From: Candidatus Sulfomarinibacteraceae bacterium
GTDB lineage: Bacteria > Acidobacteriota > Thermoanaerobaculia > Thermoanaerobaculales > Sulfomarinibacteraceae
Reading direction: 5' to 3'
Assembly: GCA_963769215.1 (NCBI GenBank)
Contig: CAVYKX010000004.1
Span: 235,566-299,565 of the forward strand
Length of the DNA stretch: 64,000 bases
How positions within the stretch are numbered: the stretch's first letter is position 1; every line of letters starts with the position of its first letter. Both the position numbers and the translations under genes were made by a program. The notes below the pieces were generated by a model. It was not told the DNA's origin. It was given only the letters and a program-made list of their open reading frames with translations, and did no database searches. Below, one piece after another: positions 1-8,509 of this stretch.

Positions 1-1010
1 GACCACCAGTCGAGGCTGCGATCGAAGGATTCTTGAACCGTTTCGAGATTCGAGCGAATTTCCAGACGATCGGCTGAGGCGTCGAGTGCGGCATGCATTC
101 GCCGCAGGCGCTCGAGACGTGCTTCGAGGGCGGCCTCCGGTCGCCGGCTCCCTTCGTGCCACGACTCGAGATCATCGAGCAGCGCACCGATCTTCACAAG
201 CGGGTGAACTCCCGCACCCGCAAGGTCGACATCGCCTGAGGTTTTCGCATCACCCTCGATCAGCGCCGCCGCATCGAGGCGGAAAATCTCGTTCGACTCG
301 GTCGGGCTCCACAGCGACGAATCGGCCAGCAGCTCGACCCAGAGATAGGTGACCGCATCGCGCAGGGTTCCGCGGATCCGCGCCGGGTAGTTGTTTTGCT
401 GAATGTAACGAGACAGTTCACCGAGAGACTCACTCCCCCACCCGGCACGATTCGACCACACCTCGAGAAAGGCTCGGTCGGCCTCCTCGACGATCTGTTC
501 GAGATCCCACTTTTTGAGATCGAGCTCGCCAGACGTCTCGACGCGCTCGCGTTGACGAATTTCCCACGAATAGACGCGGGCGTAGGTGGACAGGGCGTTG
601 GCGTAGTAGAGCTCGAGAACTGCCTGTGAGACGGCGTCGTCAGGCCAGGGTTCTTCTTTCAGAAACCGCACGGCGGTTTCGTAGCCGTGGAGAGCCATCC
701 GCAACTTGGTTTCTTCCACAAGGGCGCGGGTCCACTCGGCGGCATCGCCATCCGATTGCGCCTGCTCACGAATCGACGCCACCGTCTTCGAGGCGGCTTC
801 GAACCTCTGCTCCTTGATCAGGCGATCGACTTCTTCCCAGTTCACTGGATCTCCTCCAGTCATGGTAACCGGGGTTGTCTCGGGGGGCGGCCCCCCGTCC
901 AGCCTCCCAGGCGTCAACGCCTGCAGGGCCGCAGCCGAGACCACCACGACGACGAGGGCGGTGAGAAGGACAATCTGACGCGAGTTGGAACGATTCGATG
1001 TTTTTCGCAT
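1..1010 (-). CDS. Hypothetical exported or membrane-anchored protein, N-terminal 336 aa only (gene runs off the window start)
   Basis: My own translation gives an uninterrupted minus-strand frame from ATG 1010-1008 down to base 1 (MRKTSNRSNSRQIVLLTALVVVVVSAAALQ...NWEEVDRLIKEQRFEAA...). It is missing from the ORF track because it has no in-window stop. The N-terminus is a hydrophobic anchor. No family recognised. Confidence 0.6.
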   Translation of the reverse strand, partial: MRKTSNRSNSRQIVLLTALVVVVVSAAALQALTPGRLDGGPPPETTPVTMTGGDPVNWEEVDRLIKEQRFEAASKTVASIREQAQSDGDAAEWTRALVEETKLRMALHGYETAVRFLKEEPWPDDAVSQAVLELYYANALSTYARVYSWEIRQRERVETSGELDLKKWDLEQIVEEADRAFLEVWSNRAGWGSESLGELSRYIQQNNYPARIRGTLRDAVTYLWVELLADSSLWSPTESNEIFRLDAAALIEGDAKTSGDVDLAGAGVHPLVKIGALLDDLESWHEGSRRPEAALEARLERLRRMHAALDASADRLEIRSNLETVQESFDRSLDWW

Positions 1011-1054
1011 GGCACTAGTTTAGACACGAAGCACTGAAAAAAGTTCCACAACTT

Positions 1055-1083
1055 CATTCCGTTCCCGATCCCATTCCCGTTTC
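1055..1083. repeat. C-tract hexamer array (GGGAAT/GGGATC/GGGAAC on the minus strand) upstream of the minus-strand start at 1010
   Basis: CATTCCGTTCCCGATCCCATTCCCGTTT. Confidence 0.7.
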
Positions 1084-1202
1084 AACGTTGAGTGCTAGTT
1101 AGGCGTGGGATCTGAGGAGTTCGCGTAGCGCTCCAATGTTGATTGCGCCCTCCTGCGGATGCGCTTCCCAGGAGGACGATGCGACGATTGTTTTTTCGGC
1201 GT

Positions 1203-1335
1203 GCTCTTCTGCAAACGGCGTCCCGCGTGGTTGCCACCCCAAACATTGTTCGGAACCTGTCGCCATCCTATTGAGAAGAGTATCCTCCCGAACAATGTTT
1301 GAAGTGGCACGCCCGATCAGCGCGCTGTTTTGCCG
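1203..1335 (-). repeat. Rod-hairpin interspersed element, alpha subtype, copy 1
   Basis: The minus strand reads CAGCGCGCTGATCGGGCGTGCCA-CTTCAAACATTGTTCGG-loop-CCGAACAATGTTTGGGG-TGGCAACCACGCGGGACGCCGTTTGCAGAAGAGC. The stem is 17 bp (2 G:U), plus an outer GCGTG/CACGC helix. Confidence 0.85.
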
Positions 1336-1350
1336 ACGCCATTCGGGGTC

Positions 1351-1388
1351 CAAGCCCCAAGCCTCAAGCCGCAGGGTGGGTGGATGGG
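1351..1388. repeat. CAAGCCN heptamers x3 plus G-box GGGTGGGTGGATGGG, abutting the stop at 1390
   Basis: CAAGCCC CAAGCCT CAAGCCG CA GGGTGGGTGGATGGG. Confidence 0.8.
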
Positions 1389-1389
1389 A

Positions 1390-2819
1390 CTACAGGCTGA
1401 ACTCAGCCGAGTGCCTGCTCACCACCTTGCCATCGCTGGTCATCGTCCAGGAGCAGCTGACGCCCTTGCCGTCCTCTTCGACCTTCACCTTCATGACAAA
1501 CTCGGTCTGGCTTCCGCTCGGGGCGACGAAACCGGTCCGCATGCTCGCCGGGTCGCCGGAGGCAATCGTGAGGTGAGGTTCGCTGAGGATCTGTCCCGTA
1601 TCGAGGTTTGTGACGACCGCGGTGACCAGGTATTGGCCGGGACGGCCCGGCTCGACCTTGATATCGACATCGATGTGCTCTACGGCGCCGATCGAGGCGA
1701 TGACCCGCTGCGGCCCGAAACGCACACCGTAACCGACCACGGCTTCCTGTTTGCGGCCTTCCTCGCTCAAAACGGTACGGAATCGCCAACCTTTGAAGGC
1801 TTCTTCGAGTGCAGAGGCATACGATGATGAGGGTGCAGCCAGGATTTCCGGGTCCCTCAGCCGGCCATCCGTCGTCAACACTCCCCGGAAAACAGCCAGC
1901 TCGCCCATCGATCCGTCAAGATCCTGATCAGTCGGCGCCACCAGTTGGACGTCAATCGCCTGGACAAGGCCGTCGCGCTCGGCCACCAGATTCGGCGGGC
2001 TTTCAACGCTCTCGACGAGAAGTACCACAGTAGGATTGCCGGCATCGCCCCGGCTCGCGATGGTCGCCGATCCCCAGGTCGTCCGCGGGAGATTGATCGT
2101 CGCCTCCGTTCTCACCTTTTTTGTCCTGCTCATCTCTTCGAGCGGCGCCACCTCCAGGACATCACCGTTTTGTGACCAACCGAGCCCGTTGCTCCGCAGC
2201 ACCAGATCGAGTGCCTGGTCCCACGGAACCTGGCGCAGGTCGACGGTGACCGTGCCGGTCACCGAGGGCCCGGCTTCAATCGTGTACGGCGTGATCTGCG
2301 AAAACACCTTCAACACGTCGCGAAGGTCAGCCCCCTGAAGCCGAAGTGAAATCTCCTTGCCGGTGAACTCTGTAGTGCCGGCAGGCCCCTCCGGCTCCAG
2401 GAACTGGACCTTGCACACCGCCCGGTCTCCGGAGAGCCGGATCGGCGTGAAGACGACCCCGATCCGGGGATTGAGGTCGACTGCCGGAAGCACCGCCTTA
2501 TGGCCGACCTTCAAGGGAAGATAGTACTGGCGGGCCAGCAGCGTCGCGAGCCGCATCGACTCTTCGACACCTCGCATGGCCTCGCCGACCATTCGCACCC
2601 GTTTGAGGATCTCCCCATCGATTGCCTTCTGGCCTCGGCGATCAACCTCAGCCTCGGAGTAGACGCCTCCGGCACCAACGTTTCTTCAGCCCGATGCGCA
2701 AACTCCGGGCCGGTCTCCAGGAGTACCGTGACCCGAACCCATTGGATCTCGTCGGCCACAGCACTGCCAGGGGCCAGCACCGCCACCGCCAGTAACGCTG
2801 CATGAATGCGATTCTTCAT
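1390..2819 (-). pseudogene. Exported multidomain protein with a PilQ-N0/STN-like domain and a TonB-C-like domain; one frameshift at about 2600-2690
   Basis: Signal peptide MKNRIHAALLAVAVLAPGSAVA (frame of ORF 2511..3110) joins the 1390..2598 frame. DLRDVLKVFSQITPYTIEAGPSVTGTVTVDLRQVPWDQALDLVLRSNGLG resembles a secretin N0/STN domain. LEEAFKGWRFRTVLSEEGRKQEAVVGYGVRF resembles a TonB C-terminal domain. There is an ATGA overlap with the upstream anti-sigma gene at 2816-2819. Confidence 0.6.
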
Positions 2820-3160
2820 CGGCTCTCTCCCCTGTCTGTCGCCAAGACTTCGGTTGCCAGGTATATGGGTTCTCCGCTCTCGCGCAGCACCAGGATCACG
2901 TTGCCCCCGGTTTCGTGGACCCCGGCCGGTTCTTCCACGGCCATCATTGTCGGTGGTCTGCGAACAGCATCGAAACCAATCAACACCGCGATCAGGGAGG
3001 CTGCCGCCGCAGCGAGAACCACTCTCGGTCGCAGACGTGGACCAGGAATTCGATCCAGGAGGTTCCGTCGAAGCTGGCGCTCGTCTATCGCCGGTTCGGT
3101 CTGGGACCACTCACGCCAACGCTCTTCGAGATCCGGTGTGAGATCGTTCTTCTCATTCAT
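2816..3160 (-). CDS. Putative anti-sigma factor (single-pass membrane protein)
   Basis: 114 aa with one TM segment (VVLAAAAASLIAVLIGF). It is translationally coupled by ATGA overlaps to the ECF sigma gene upstream (3157-3160) and to the downstream gene. Confidence 0.5.
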   Translation of the reverse strand: MNEKNDLTPDLEERWREWSQTEPAIDERQLRRNLLDRIPGPRLRPRVVLAAAAASLIAVLIGFDAVRRPPTMMAVEEPAGVHETGGNVILVLRESGEPIYLATEVLATDRGESR

Positions 3161-3678
3161 GACCAGTTGCCTCCTCTGGCAATTTCTGAAAGCCGCCGCC
3201 GGCCGCGGAGACGGTGCACCCTGACCGACGAACTGGTGATGCCCAATACCTCACCGATCTCGTGATCGGTGAGCCCCTCGACGACAGTGAGGTGCAAGAC
3301 CGCCCGTTGGCGCGGCGCCAGCTTGACGAGCAGACGACCGACGTCGATCCGAGCGTCGACCGAATCCCCGGCAGCCGCTACTGCGATGCCGTCGATGGAG
3401 TCAAAGAACCGCCGCTTTCTGGCCCTGGCAATTGCCGTGTTGGCGACGATTCGGGTCAGCCACGAGGCAAACGCGCCGGGTTCCCGAAGGGTCCGGAGCT
3501 TTTTCCACGCTTTGATGAGCCCATCCTGCACCACGTCCTCGGCCTCCAGATCGGCCACGATCGACCGTGCCAGCGCCACCAGCCGTCGCCAATGGGCGGC
3601 AGCGAGGTCCGAGAAGGCCTCTCGATCCCCATCCATCGCCCGCCGTACCAGCACGGATTCGTCTTTCACTGTTGACAT
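3157..3678 (-). CDS. ECF-type RNA polymerase sigma-70 family factor
   Basis: Region 2 (DVVQDGLIKAWKKLRTLREPGAFASWLTRIVANTAI) and region 4 HTH (LAPRQRAVLHLTVVEGLTDHEIGEVLGITSSSVRVHRLRGRRRL) are both present. Confidence 0.9.
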   Translation of the reverse strand: MSTVKDESVLVRRAMDGDREAFSDLAAAHWRRLVALARSIVADLEAEDVVQDGLIKAWKKLRTLREPGAFASWLTRIVANTAIARARKRRFFDSIDGIAVAAAGDSVDARIDVGRLLVKLAPRQRAVLHLTVVEGLTDHEIGEVLGITSSSVRVHRLRGRRRLSEIARGGNWS

Positions 3679-3720
3679 GATGCACCTACCCGCGCGATTC
3701 GTTTACACATCGCGAACATC

Positions 3721-3855
3721 GGATCCCGATCCCGTTCCCGGATGGGTTTGGGGCTTGGGGCTTGGGGCTTGGTTTTCTGACAGCTGTATACCAATCGAGA
3801 GACTGCAAGCCTCAGGCCTCAGGCCTCAAGCCTCAAACCATGGGCGGGCGGGTGG
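3721..3855. repeat. Composite: C-tract hexamers, GGGGCTT x3, 33-nt spacer, CAAGCCT/CAGGCCT x4, G-box
   Basis: GGATCCCGATCCCGTTCCCGG (3721-3741); GGGGCTT x3 (3750-3772); CAAGCCTCAGGCCTCAGGCCTCAAGCCTCAAACC (3806-3839); ATGGGCGGGCGGGTGG (3840-3855). Confidence 0.85.
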
Positions 3856-3858
3856 ACG

Positions 3859-3885
3859 AAAAAAACCGGGCGTTTTCGCGCCCGG
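3859..3885 (-). terminator. Rho-independent terminator after the 3911..5017 gene
   Basis: The minus strand reads CCGGGCG-CGAAAA-CGCCCGG followed by TTTTTTT, 26 nt past the stop codon. Confidence 0.6.
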
Positions 3886-3910
3886 TCGTAGAATTTTATT
3901 GCCCGGGAAG

Positions 3911-5017
3911 CTACTTCATATTCGCAGGCACCGCCCACTCCTTGAGTTGGTCGGTCTCTGCGTAATTGGTAAGGCTCCACCGCGCGCCTTCAGCGACTTT
4001 CGAGTCAGCAATACCCTCGAGCGCCAGCAACACCTCGAACGCTCGGTCGCCTTCTTCCGGCGTCCCGAGGGTGCGGACGATGTTCAGGCCCAGAATGGCC
4101 TCGCATCGCAACCGCCGGTCGGGCGCGTTCTGCGCCGTTTCCACCAGGACGTCGAGTTTTCCGGGTCGCAATTTGAAGTCGATCTCTCCCCGGTCGTCCA
4201 ACCGGATCGAGTCCATGACATCCGTCGAGGTCAACCGCTGCTTGGTGCCGAGCCGTTGCGCGGGAACCTCGCCAAGAACAACCGAGGCGAGCAGTGCAGT
4301 CTCGAGATCGCCATCTGCGAGGGCACGCTCGTAGACTCCACGGGTTCCGAGGTGGATACAGGCCAGACCCACAAGATCGCTGATCACCACGACATCTTCC
4401 TGCCGCAGCAGCCGGCCGAGCCGGATGGCGCGCCGAAAATCAGCCATCGCGGTCTCACTGTTCTCGGCAGCCAGGCCCCGGGCCACCCACGACCTCACCA
4501 TGTTCAACGGGAGGAGGAGATTCGTGATCCGTGTCGCATATCCATCGAGCGCAAAGATGTCGGGATAGAACGTCATGGTCGCCTGATCGCACCAGGGTTC
4601 GGCTTCGAGCAGCAGCGGATCATCGGGAGGAAGGACCTTTCCCAGCCACTCCGGGCCTTCGACCCGTCGTTCCAAAGCGGCAGTGGCATCGGCGCGTCGG
4701 GGACCGACGTCCTTGGCGAAGAGGGCAAACCACTCCGCCGCGTTGCCGGCGCCGGTGCCCAGCGGCGCCAACAGGTCGAGATCAGTCTGGAATCGTAAAG
4801 CCCAGTCGTTGGCGGACGGGCAACTCCAGCACGGCACCTCGAGTTCCGCTACCCGGAAGGCGACAGGGTCCGGCACTGTTGCGTCAGGCGCTACAACAGC
4901 CGAGACGGGTTGATCACGGGCAATCAAACGCGCGCCCAGCGAGCCCGCCAGCGCCACAATGACGGCGGCCGCGAGCAGCACCGGCAACAACTTCGATTTT
5001 CGGAAAAACGGATTCAT
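3911..5017 (-). CDS. Hypothetical exported protein, third gene of an ECF sigma/anti-sigma operon
   Basis: 368-aa ORF with an N-terminal anchor (LLPVLLAAAVIVALAG). ATGA overlap with the anti-sigma gene at 5014-5017. No family recognised. Confidence 0.6.
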   Translation of the reverse strand: MNPFFRKSKLLPVLLAAAVIVALAGSLGARLIARDQPVSAVVAPDATVPDPVAFRVAELEVPCWSCPSANDWALRFQTDLDLLAPLGTGAGNAAEWFALFAKDVGPRRADATAALERRVEGPEWLGKVLPPDDPLLLEAEPWCDQATMTFYPDIFALDGYATRITNLLLPLNMVRSWVARGLAAENSETAMADFRRAIRLGRLLRQEDVVVISDLVGLACIHLGTRGVYERALADGDLETALLASVVLGEVPAQRLGTKQRLTSTDVMDSIRLDDRGEIDFKLRPGKLDVLVETAQNAPDRRLRCEAILGLNIVRTLGTPEEGDRAFEVLLALEGIADSKVAEGARWSLTNYAETDQLKEWAVPANMK

Positions 5018-5418
5018 GATTGGTTTCCTCCCAGGTCGAGATCGACCGGGTCTGCGGCTGCCGCAAAAAGCCCGACGATCGGTTGCACGTCTTTTGCGAT
5101 TCGTACAGGGCGCAGAAGGTCTGAGAACTGCTGATCAGGGCGGTTTTCCGCAGCCCGGATCGAGTCCGTTCGATCTCCGATCGAACCCTCATGTCGGGCT
5201 ATGAAAACGTTACCGGCCAGGAGCAATATCACTGCTGACGCCCACGCGAGTCGGATGCCCCGGTGGTTCCAGATCCTCGACCACAGGTCGGGGACCACCC
5301 CATCCGCCATCCGTGCACGAGCCGCTGGAACAACCCGCGAACGAAGATCGGACGGCATCTGAATCGGTTCGAGGCCATCAAAAAGGCTCTCGACTTTGGA
5401 GTCTCTCGTATCAGTCAT
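5014..5418 (-). CDS. Putative anti-sigma factor
   Basis: Internal start MTDTRDSKVESLFDG within ORF 5014..5712. One TM segment (LAWASAVILLLAGNVFI). 8-nt overlap with the sigma gene stop at 5411. Confidence 0.5.
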   Translation of the reverse strand: MTDTRDSKVESLFDGLEPIQMPSDLRSRVVPAARARMADGVVPDLWSRIWNHRGIRLAWASAVILLLAGNVFIARHEGSIGDRTDSIRAAENRPDQQFSDLLRPVRIAKDVQPIVGLFAAAADPVDLDLGGNQS

Positions 5419-6142
5419 TGGTCTCGCCCTCCAAGAGGCGCCGGAGCTTTGCGATGCCGGCACGATAACGGCTGGCGGCAGTAAATTTTGGCACCCCGAC
5501 GATGGCGCCGATTTCGGCAAAGGTGCAATCTGCAAAGTGTTTGAGATACACGACATCACGGTGCTTCGAGGGCATACCGGCGAGCAGGGCCGACGCCCTG
5601 GTCGCATCCAATGCCCTCTCGCTGTCATCGTCGACCGCCACCAGGAGCGGGTGTTCTTCAAGCGAGTCGGAGGGTCGGCGGCGGCGACGGCGAATGACGT
5701 CCAAAGCCGCACGATGCGTCACCGTCAACAGCCAAGATTTCGGGTTGCGAATCTTGGCCAGCTTGGCGCCCTGCTCCGCCACCCGCACAAAGACGTCCTG
5801 TACAACATCGGCGGCGTCTTCCCTGGAACCGGTTCGCCACACGGCGAGCCCGTAGACCTGCTGCGCCGCGAGGTTGTAGAGTGCATCGAGGGCCGAAACC
5901 CGGCCCGCCGCCAATGCGTCAAATATTGTGCGCCACTCCCCGCCCGTTCCGGACGAATGGCGATCGTATTCCGATAAAGGGTGCGGCAGGTCTTGGGTCA
6001 CGGCTTCCACGCTTATTCGACGCGCGAGGTCGGTGTTTTTGTCATAACACCCTGTCGGGGGTCTTCCTAGACTCTGAATACAGTCTACAGATTCCTTCTC
6101 GACACCGACGATTGAATCCGTTTCTCGATATTCGCTGCCCAT
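5411..6142 (-). CDS. ECF-type RNA polymerase sigma factor (true start probably downstream of 6142)
   Basis: AADVVQDVFVRVAEQGAKLAKIRNPKSWLLTVTHRAALDVIRRRRR (region 2) and MPSKHRDVVYLKHFADCTFAEIGAIVGVPKFTAASRYRAGIAKLRRLL (region 4). The first 50 aa or so look non-sigma. Confidence 0.85.
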   Translation of the reverse strand: MGSEYRETDSIVGVEKESVDCIQSLGRPPTGCYDKNTDLARRISVEAVTQDLPHPLSEYDRHSSGTGGEWRTIFDALAAGRVSALDALYNLAAQQVYGLAVWRTGSREDAADVVQDVFVRVAEQGAKLAKIRNPKSWLLTVTHRAALDVIRRRRRRPSDSLEEHPLLVAVDDDSERALDATRASALLAGMPSKHRDVVYLKHFADCTFAEIGAIVGVPKFTAASRYRAGIAKLRRLLEGETND

Positions 6143-6159
6143 CTTGATACGATTGATAC

Positions 6160-6792
6160 ATGCTCACCACGATCGTACTCATTGTGGTCATCGCGATTTC
6201 CATTGTCGGCGTATTGCGGGCTGACAAGGTCAAGGAGAAAGCGCCCGAGTTGGTCGCAAAAGCAACCGCCTCAGCGGCGTTCGTGTTTCTCGGGATTCTG
6301 CGCTGGTCCGCGGGGGATACAGTAGGAACGTGGATTCTCGGTGGGCTGGCTCTGTGCGCACTCGGAGACCTCCTGTTGATCGGTAACCGCACCTTTGACG
6401 CGGGTCTGGTCGCATTTCTCCTGGGTCATGTGCTCTACATCTGCGCGTTCAGAGCGGCCGCCCCCATGGGCACCTGGTCCCTCGCCATCCTGACGCCACT
6501 GGCACTCTTGGGAGTCGCCATCGGGTGGTGGCTGTGGCCACACCTCGGAAAACGGAGAGCATCCGTCCTGGCCTACATCGTCGTCATCACGGTTATGGTC
6601 TGGGGGGCCTTCTCGACAACCCTGGCGTCACTTCTGCCGTGGACGGCAGCAACAGGGGCATCCCTCTTTTTCCTCTCCGACATTGGCGTCGCCAGGAAGC
6701 GCTTTGTCAAGGACGAACCCCTCAGCCGTTACTTCAGTCTGCCCGTCTACTACGCCGGGCAGATTCTCCTCGCCCTGACGGTAGGCTCCTAG
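6160..6792 (+). CDS. YhhN-family (lysoplasmalogenase-like) integral membrane protein
   Basis: 210 aa, multi-pass. It carries family-like motifs: LCALGDLLLI, FLLGHVLYICAF, GASLFFLSDIGVA. Confidence 0.65.
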   Translation: MLTTIVLIVVIAISIVGVLRADKVKEKAPELVAKATASAAFVFLGILRWSAGDTVGTWILGGLALCALGDLLLIGNRTFDAGLVAFLLGHVLYICAFRAAAPMGTWSLAILTPLALLGVAIGWWLWPHLGKRRASVLAYIVVITVMVWGAFSTTLASLLPWTAATGASLFFLSDIGVARKRFVKDEPLSRYFSLPVYYAGQILLALTVGS

Positions 6793-6845
6793 CCGTTCGC
6801 AATTGTAGCAATTTGGTGTACCCTCTCGTTCGCCGGGGAGGCTTT

Positions 6846-8147
6846 ATGAAGTTGCGTCTGGTTATCGTTTTCATGTTCTATCACCTCTTGGCTGCCGCCG
6901 CATTCGGGCAGTCCGGTTGGGACGAGCACACCCGAGCCGGGGAGTACGCGTTCGCGCGCGGTAACCTGGACCGAGCGAAAGCCGAGTTCCAGGCCGCACT
7001 CGAAATCGCACAGTCGTTTCCGCAAGGCGATCGCCGTCTCGAAACCAGCATCTCCAACCTCGGGCGCCTCTATGAGCATGAATCGGATTACGACAAAGCC
7101 CAACCCCTCTATCAACTCCTGCTGGCAGCCAAGGAGATGCGCGTCGGGACCGAAGACCCCGCTCTCCTCGAGACGCTGTACGCGGTGGCGCGGGTCAGCC
7201 AACCGACGGGCGACCTTCCCACCGTGGAATCCTCTCTCGAGCGGTATGCGGCCATCGCCGAAAAAAGCGGCGGAGCAGATCCGCGGCAGTGGTGGCAAGC
7301 CCTGGCCATGCTGGCGCGGATGGAGGTCGTGCTCGAAAAGGACGACGATGCGCTGCCCTGGCAGCGCCGAGCCGCGGAAGTCATCGCCGACGATCCGCGG
7401 GCCAGCGACGAAGAACAGGTTATCGTGTTGGAGTCCCTCGCACATATGGAGATCAGGGCGGGTGAAGGCCGAAAGGCGGAGACCATCCTGGTGCAGGTTG
7501 CAGAGCTTCGCGAGAACGAAGACGAGAAGGACGCATACCCCAGGACCATGGCCGCCGGCGCTGAAATCGCGTTTGCCGCAGGCGAGTTCGAAACCGCAGA
7601 ACGCCTCGCTATGAGGACTCTCAACGCTGCACCGGACGAGGCAGCGGAGAGAACCGCACGCAAGGTTCTGGCCGACAGTTCCTGGGCGCAGGTCAACCGC
7701 GGGACCGACGATTTGACCGTCCTCCTCGCGGCTGCCGGAGACAACGAGGAGTTGGATCGCGCCCGCGACCGTCTGCGTGCCTTGACCGTCTTCGAGGATG
7801 AGCAGAACCCGCAGACTCTCCGACGCCTGGTTCAGGTCGAGGCACTGCGGGGCCAACCGGGGACTGCGGCAACGTGGCAGCGCCAGTTACTTGAAGTATC
7901 GACGCTTGACTCGGTGGCCGCGGCGAAGGCTCGTGGTGACCTCGTGACGCTGCTCGCCGCTGCCGGAAATTTCGACGATGCCCTGGCCGAGAACGCTGCG
8001 GTCATCGGAGAAGTTGAGGCCCAATACGGCGAGACCGCCCCACAACTCGTACCCCTGCTCGAGCAACGCCTCGACGTCCTCACCCAGGCCAGCAAGAAGA
8101 AAGAGGCGAAAAAGGTGCGGAAACGGCTGAAAAAACTCTCGCGCTGA
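6846..8147 (+). CDS. Secreted tetratricopeptide-repeat protein
   Basis: Internal ATG with signal peptide MKLRLVIVFMFYHLLAAAAFGQ. It has repeated TPR-like helices (GNLDRAKAEFQAALEIAQ, YDKAQPLYQLLLAA). The longer ORF from 6525 overlaps the YhhN gene. Confidence 0.7.
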   Translation: MKLRLVIVFMFYHLLAAAAFGQSGWDEHTRAGEYAFARGNLDRAKAEFQAALEIAQSFPQGDRRLETSISNLGRLYEHESDYDKAQPLYQLLLAAKEMRVGTEDPALLETLYAVARVSQPTGDLPTVESSLERYAAIAEKSGGADPRQWWQALAMLARMEVVLEKDDDALPWQRRAAEVIADDPRASDEEQVIVLESLAHMEIRAGEGRKAETILVQVAELRENEDEKDAYPRTMAAGAEIAFAAGEFETAERLAMRTLNAAPDEAAERTARKVLADSSWAQVNRGTDDLTVLLAAAGDNEELDRARDRLRALTVFEDEQNPQTLRRLVQVEALRGQPGTAATWQRQLLEVSTLDSVAAAKARGDLVTLLAAAGNFDDALAENAAVIGEVEAQYGETAPQLVPLLEQRLDVLTQASKKKEAKKVRKRLKKLSR

Positions 8148-8211
8148 CCATCCCCCGACCAACCCAGCGCGAATTCGGAAGTCGGAATTAGGAATTTCCA
8201 CCCCGCCCCCC
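8148..8211. repeat. Heptamer array GAANTNG x4 followed by a C-box, just after the stop at 8147
   Basis: CCATCCCCCGACCAACCC...GAATTCG GAAGTCG GAATTAG GAATTTC CACCCCGCCCCCC. Confidence 0.8.
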
Positions 8212-8409
8212 ATGATCGGGTCGTCCGGATCGATGCCTCGTCGACTGTCATCTCGAGGGAGGTCGCCCTGCGGCCGAGTCGAGAGATCCCCCGAAATATG
8301 AGAGTGAGAGATTGCCAGCACCCTCCTGTAGGAGGGGATCCCTCCACTCGCTTCCAGATGCGCTTCCAGCTTCGCCGTGAAAAGCTGCTCGGTCGGGATG
8401 ACAGCGTTT

Positions 8410-8460
8410 GCGGGTGGGCGGGCGGGAAATCCAAAATCTAAAATCCAAATCAAAATCTGG
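8410..8460. repeat. G-box (canonical G4 motif) followed by AAATCNA heptamers, upstream of the start at 8510
   Basis: GCGGGTGGGCGGGCGGG AAATCCA AAATCTA AAATCCA AATCAA AATCTGG. Confidence 0.8.
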
Positions 8461-8509
8461 ACTTCAGGTCCCGCTTGCCCCTCCAGCCAACCTCGTGGAT
8501 GATATCGGC

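Noticed and set aside
1305-1320. Sigma-54 promoter (TGGCACG) inside the alpha hairpin elements
   Set aside because: The -12 TTGC element is absent at the required spacing (TGGCAC GCCCG ATCA). The motif is part of the conserved stem base.
3269-4798. 509-aa plus-strand ORF, the longest in this region
   Set aside because: It lies antisense to the sigma gene and to the 368-aa gene, and its product is rich in Arg, Ser, Pro and Ala. This is the typical shadow ORF of high-GC DNA, with no recognisable motifs.
6068-6095. ECF-type promoter (GGAATC, about 18 nt, GTCTA on the minus strand) upstream of the second sigma gene
   Set aside because: The spacing and motifs are only loosely ECF-like. It lies inside the annotated ORF, whose true start is uncertain. 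The support is not enough to call a feature.
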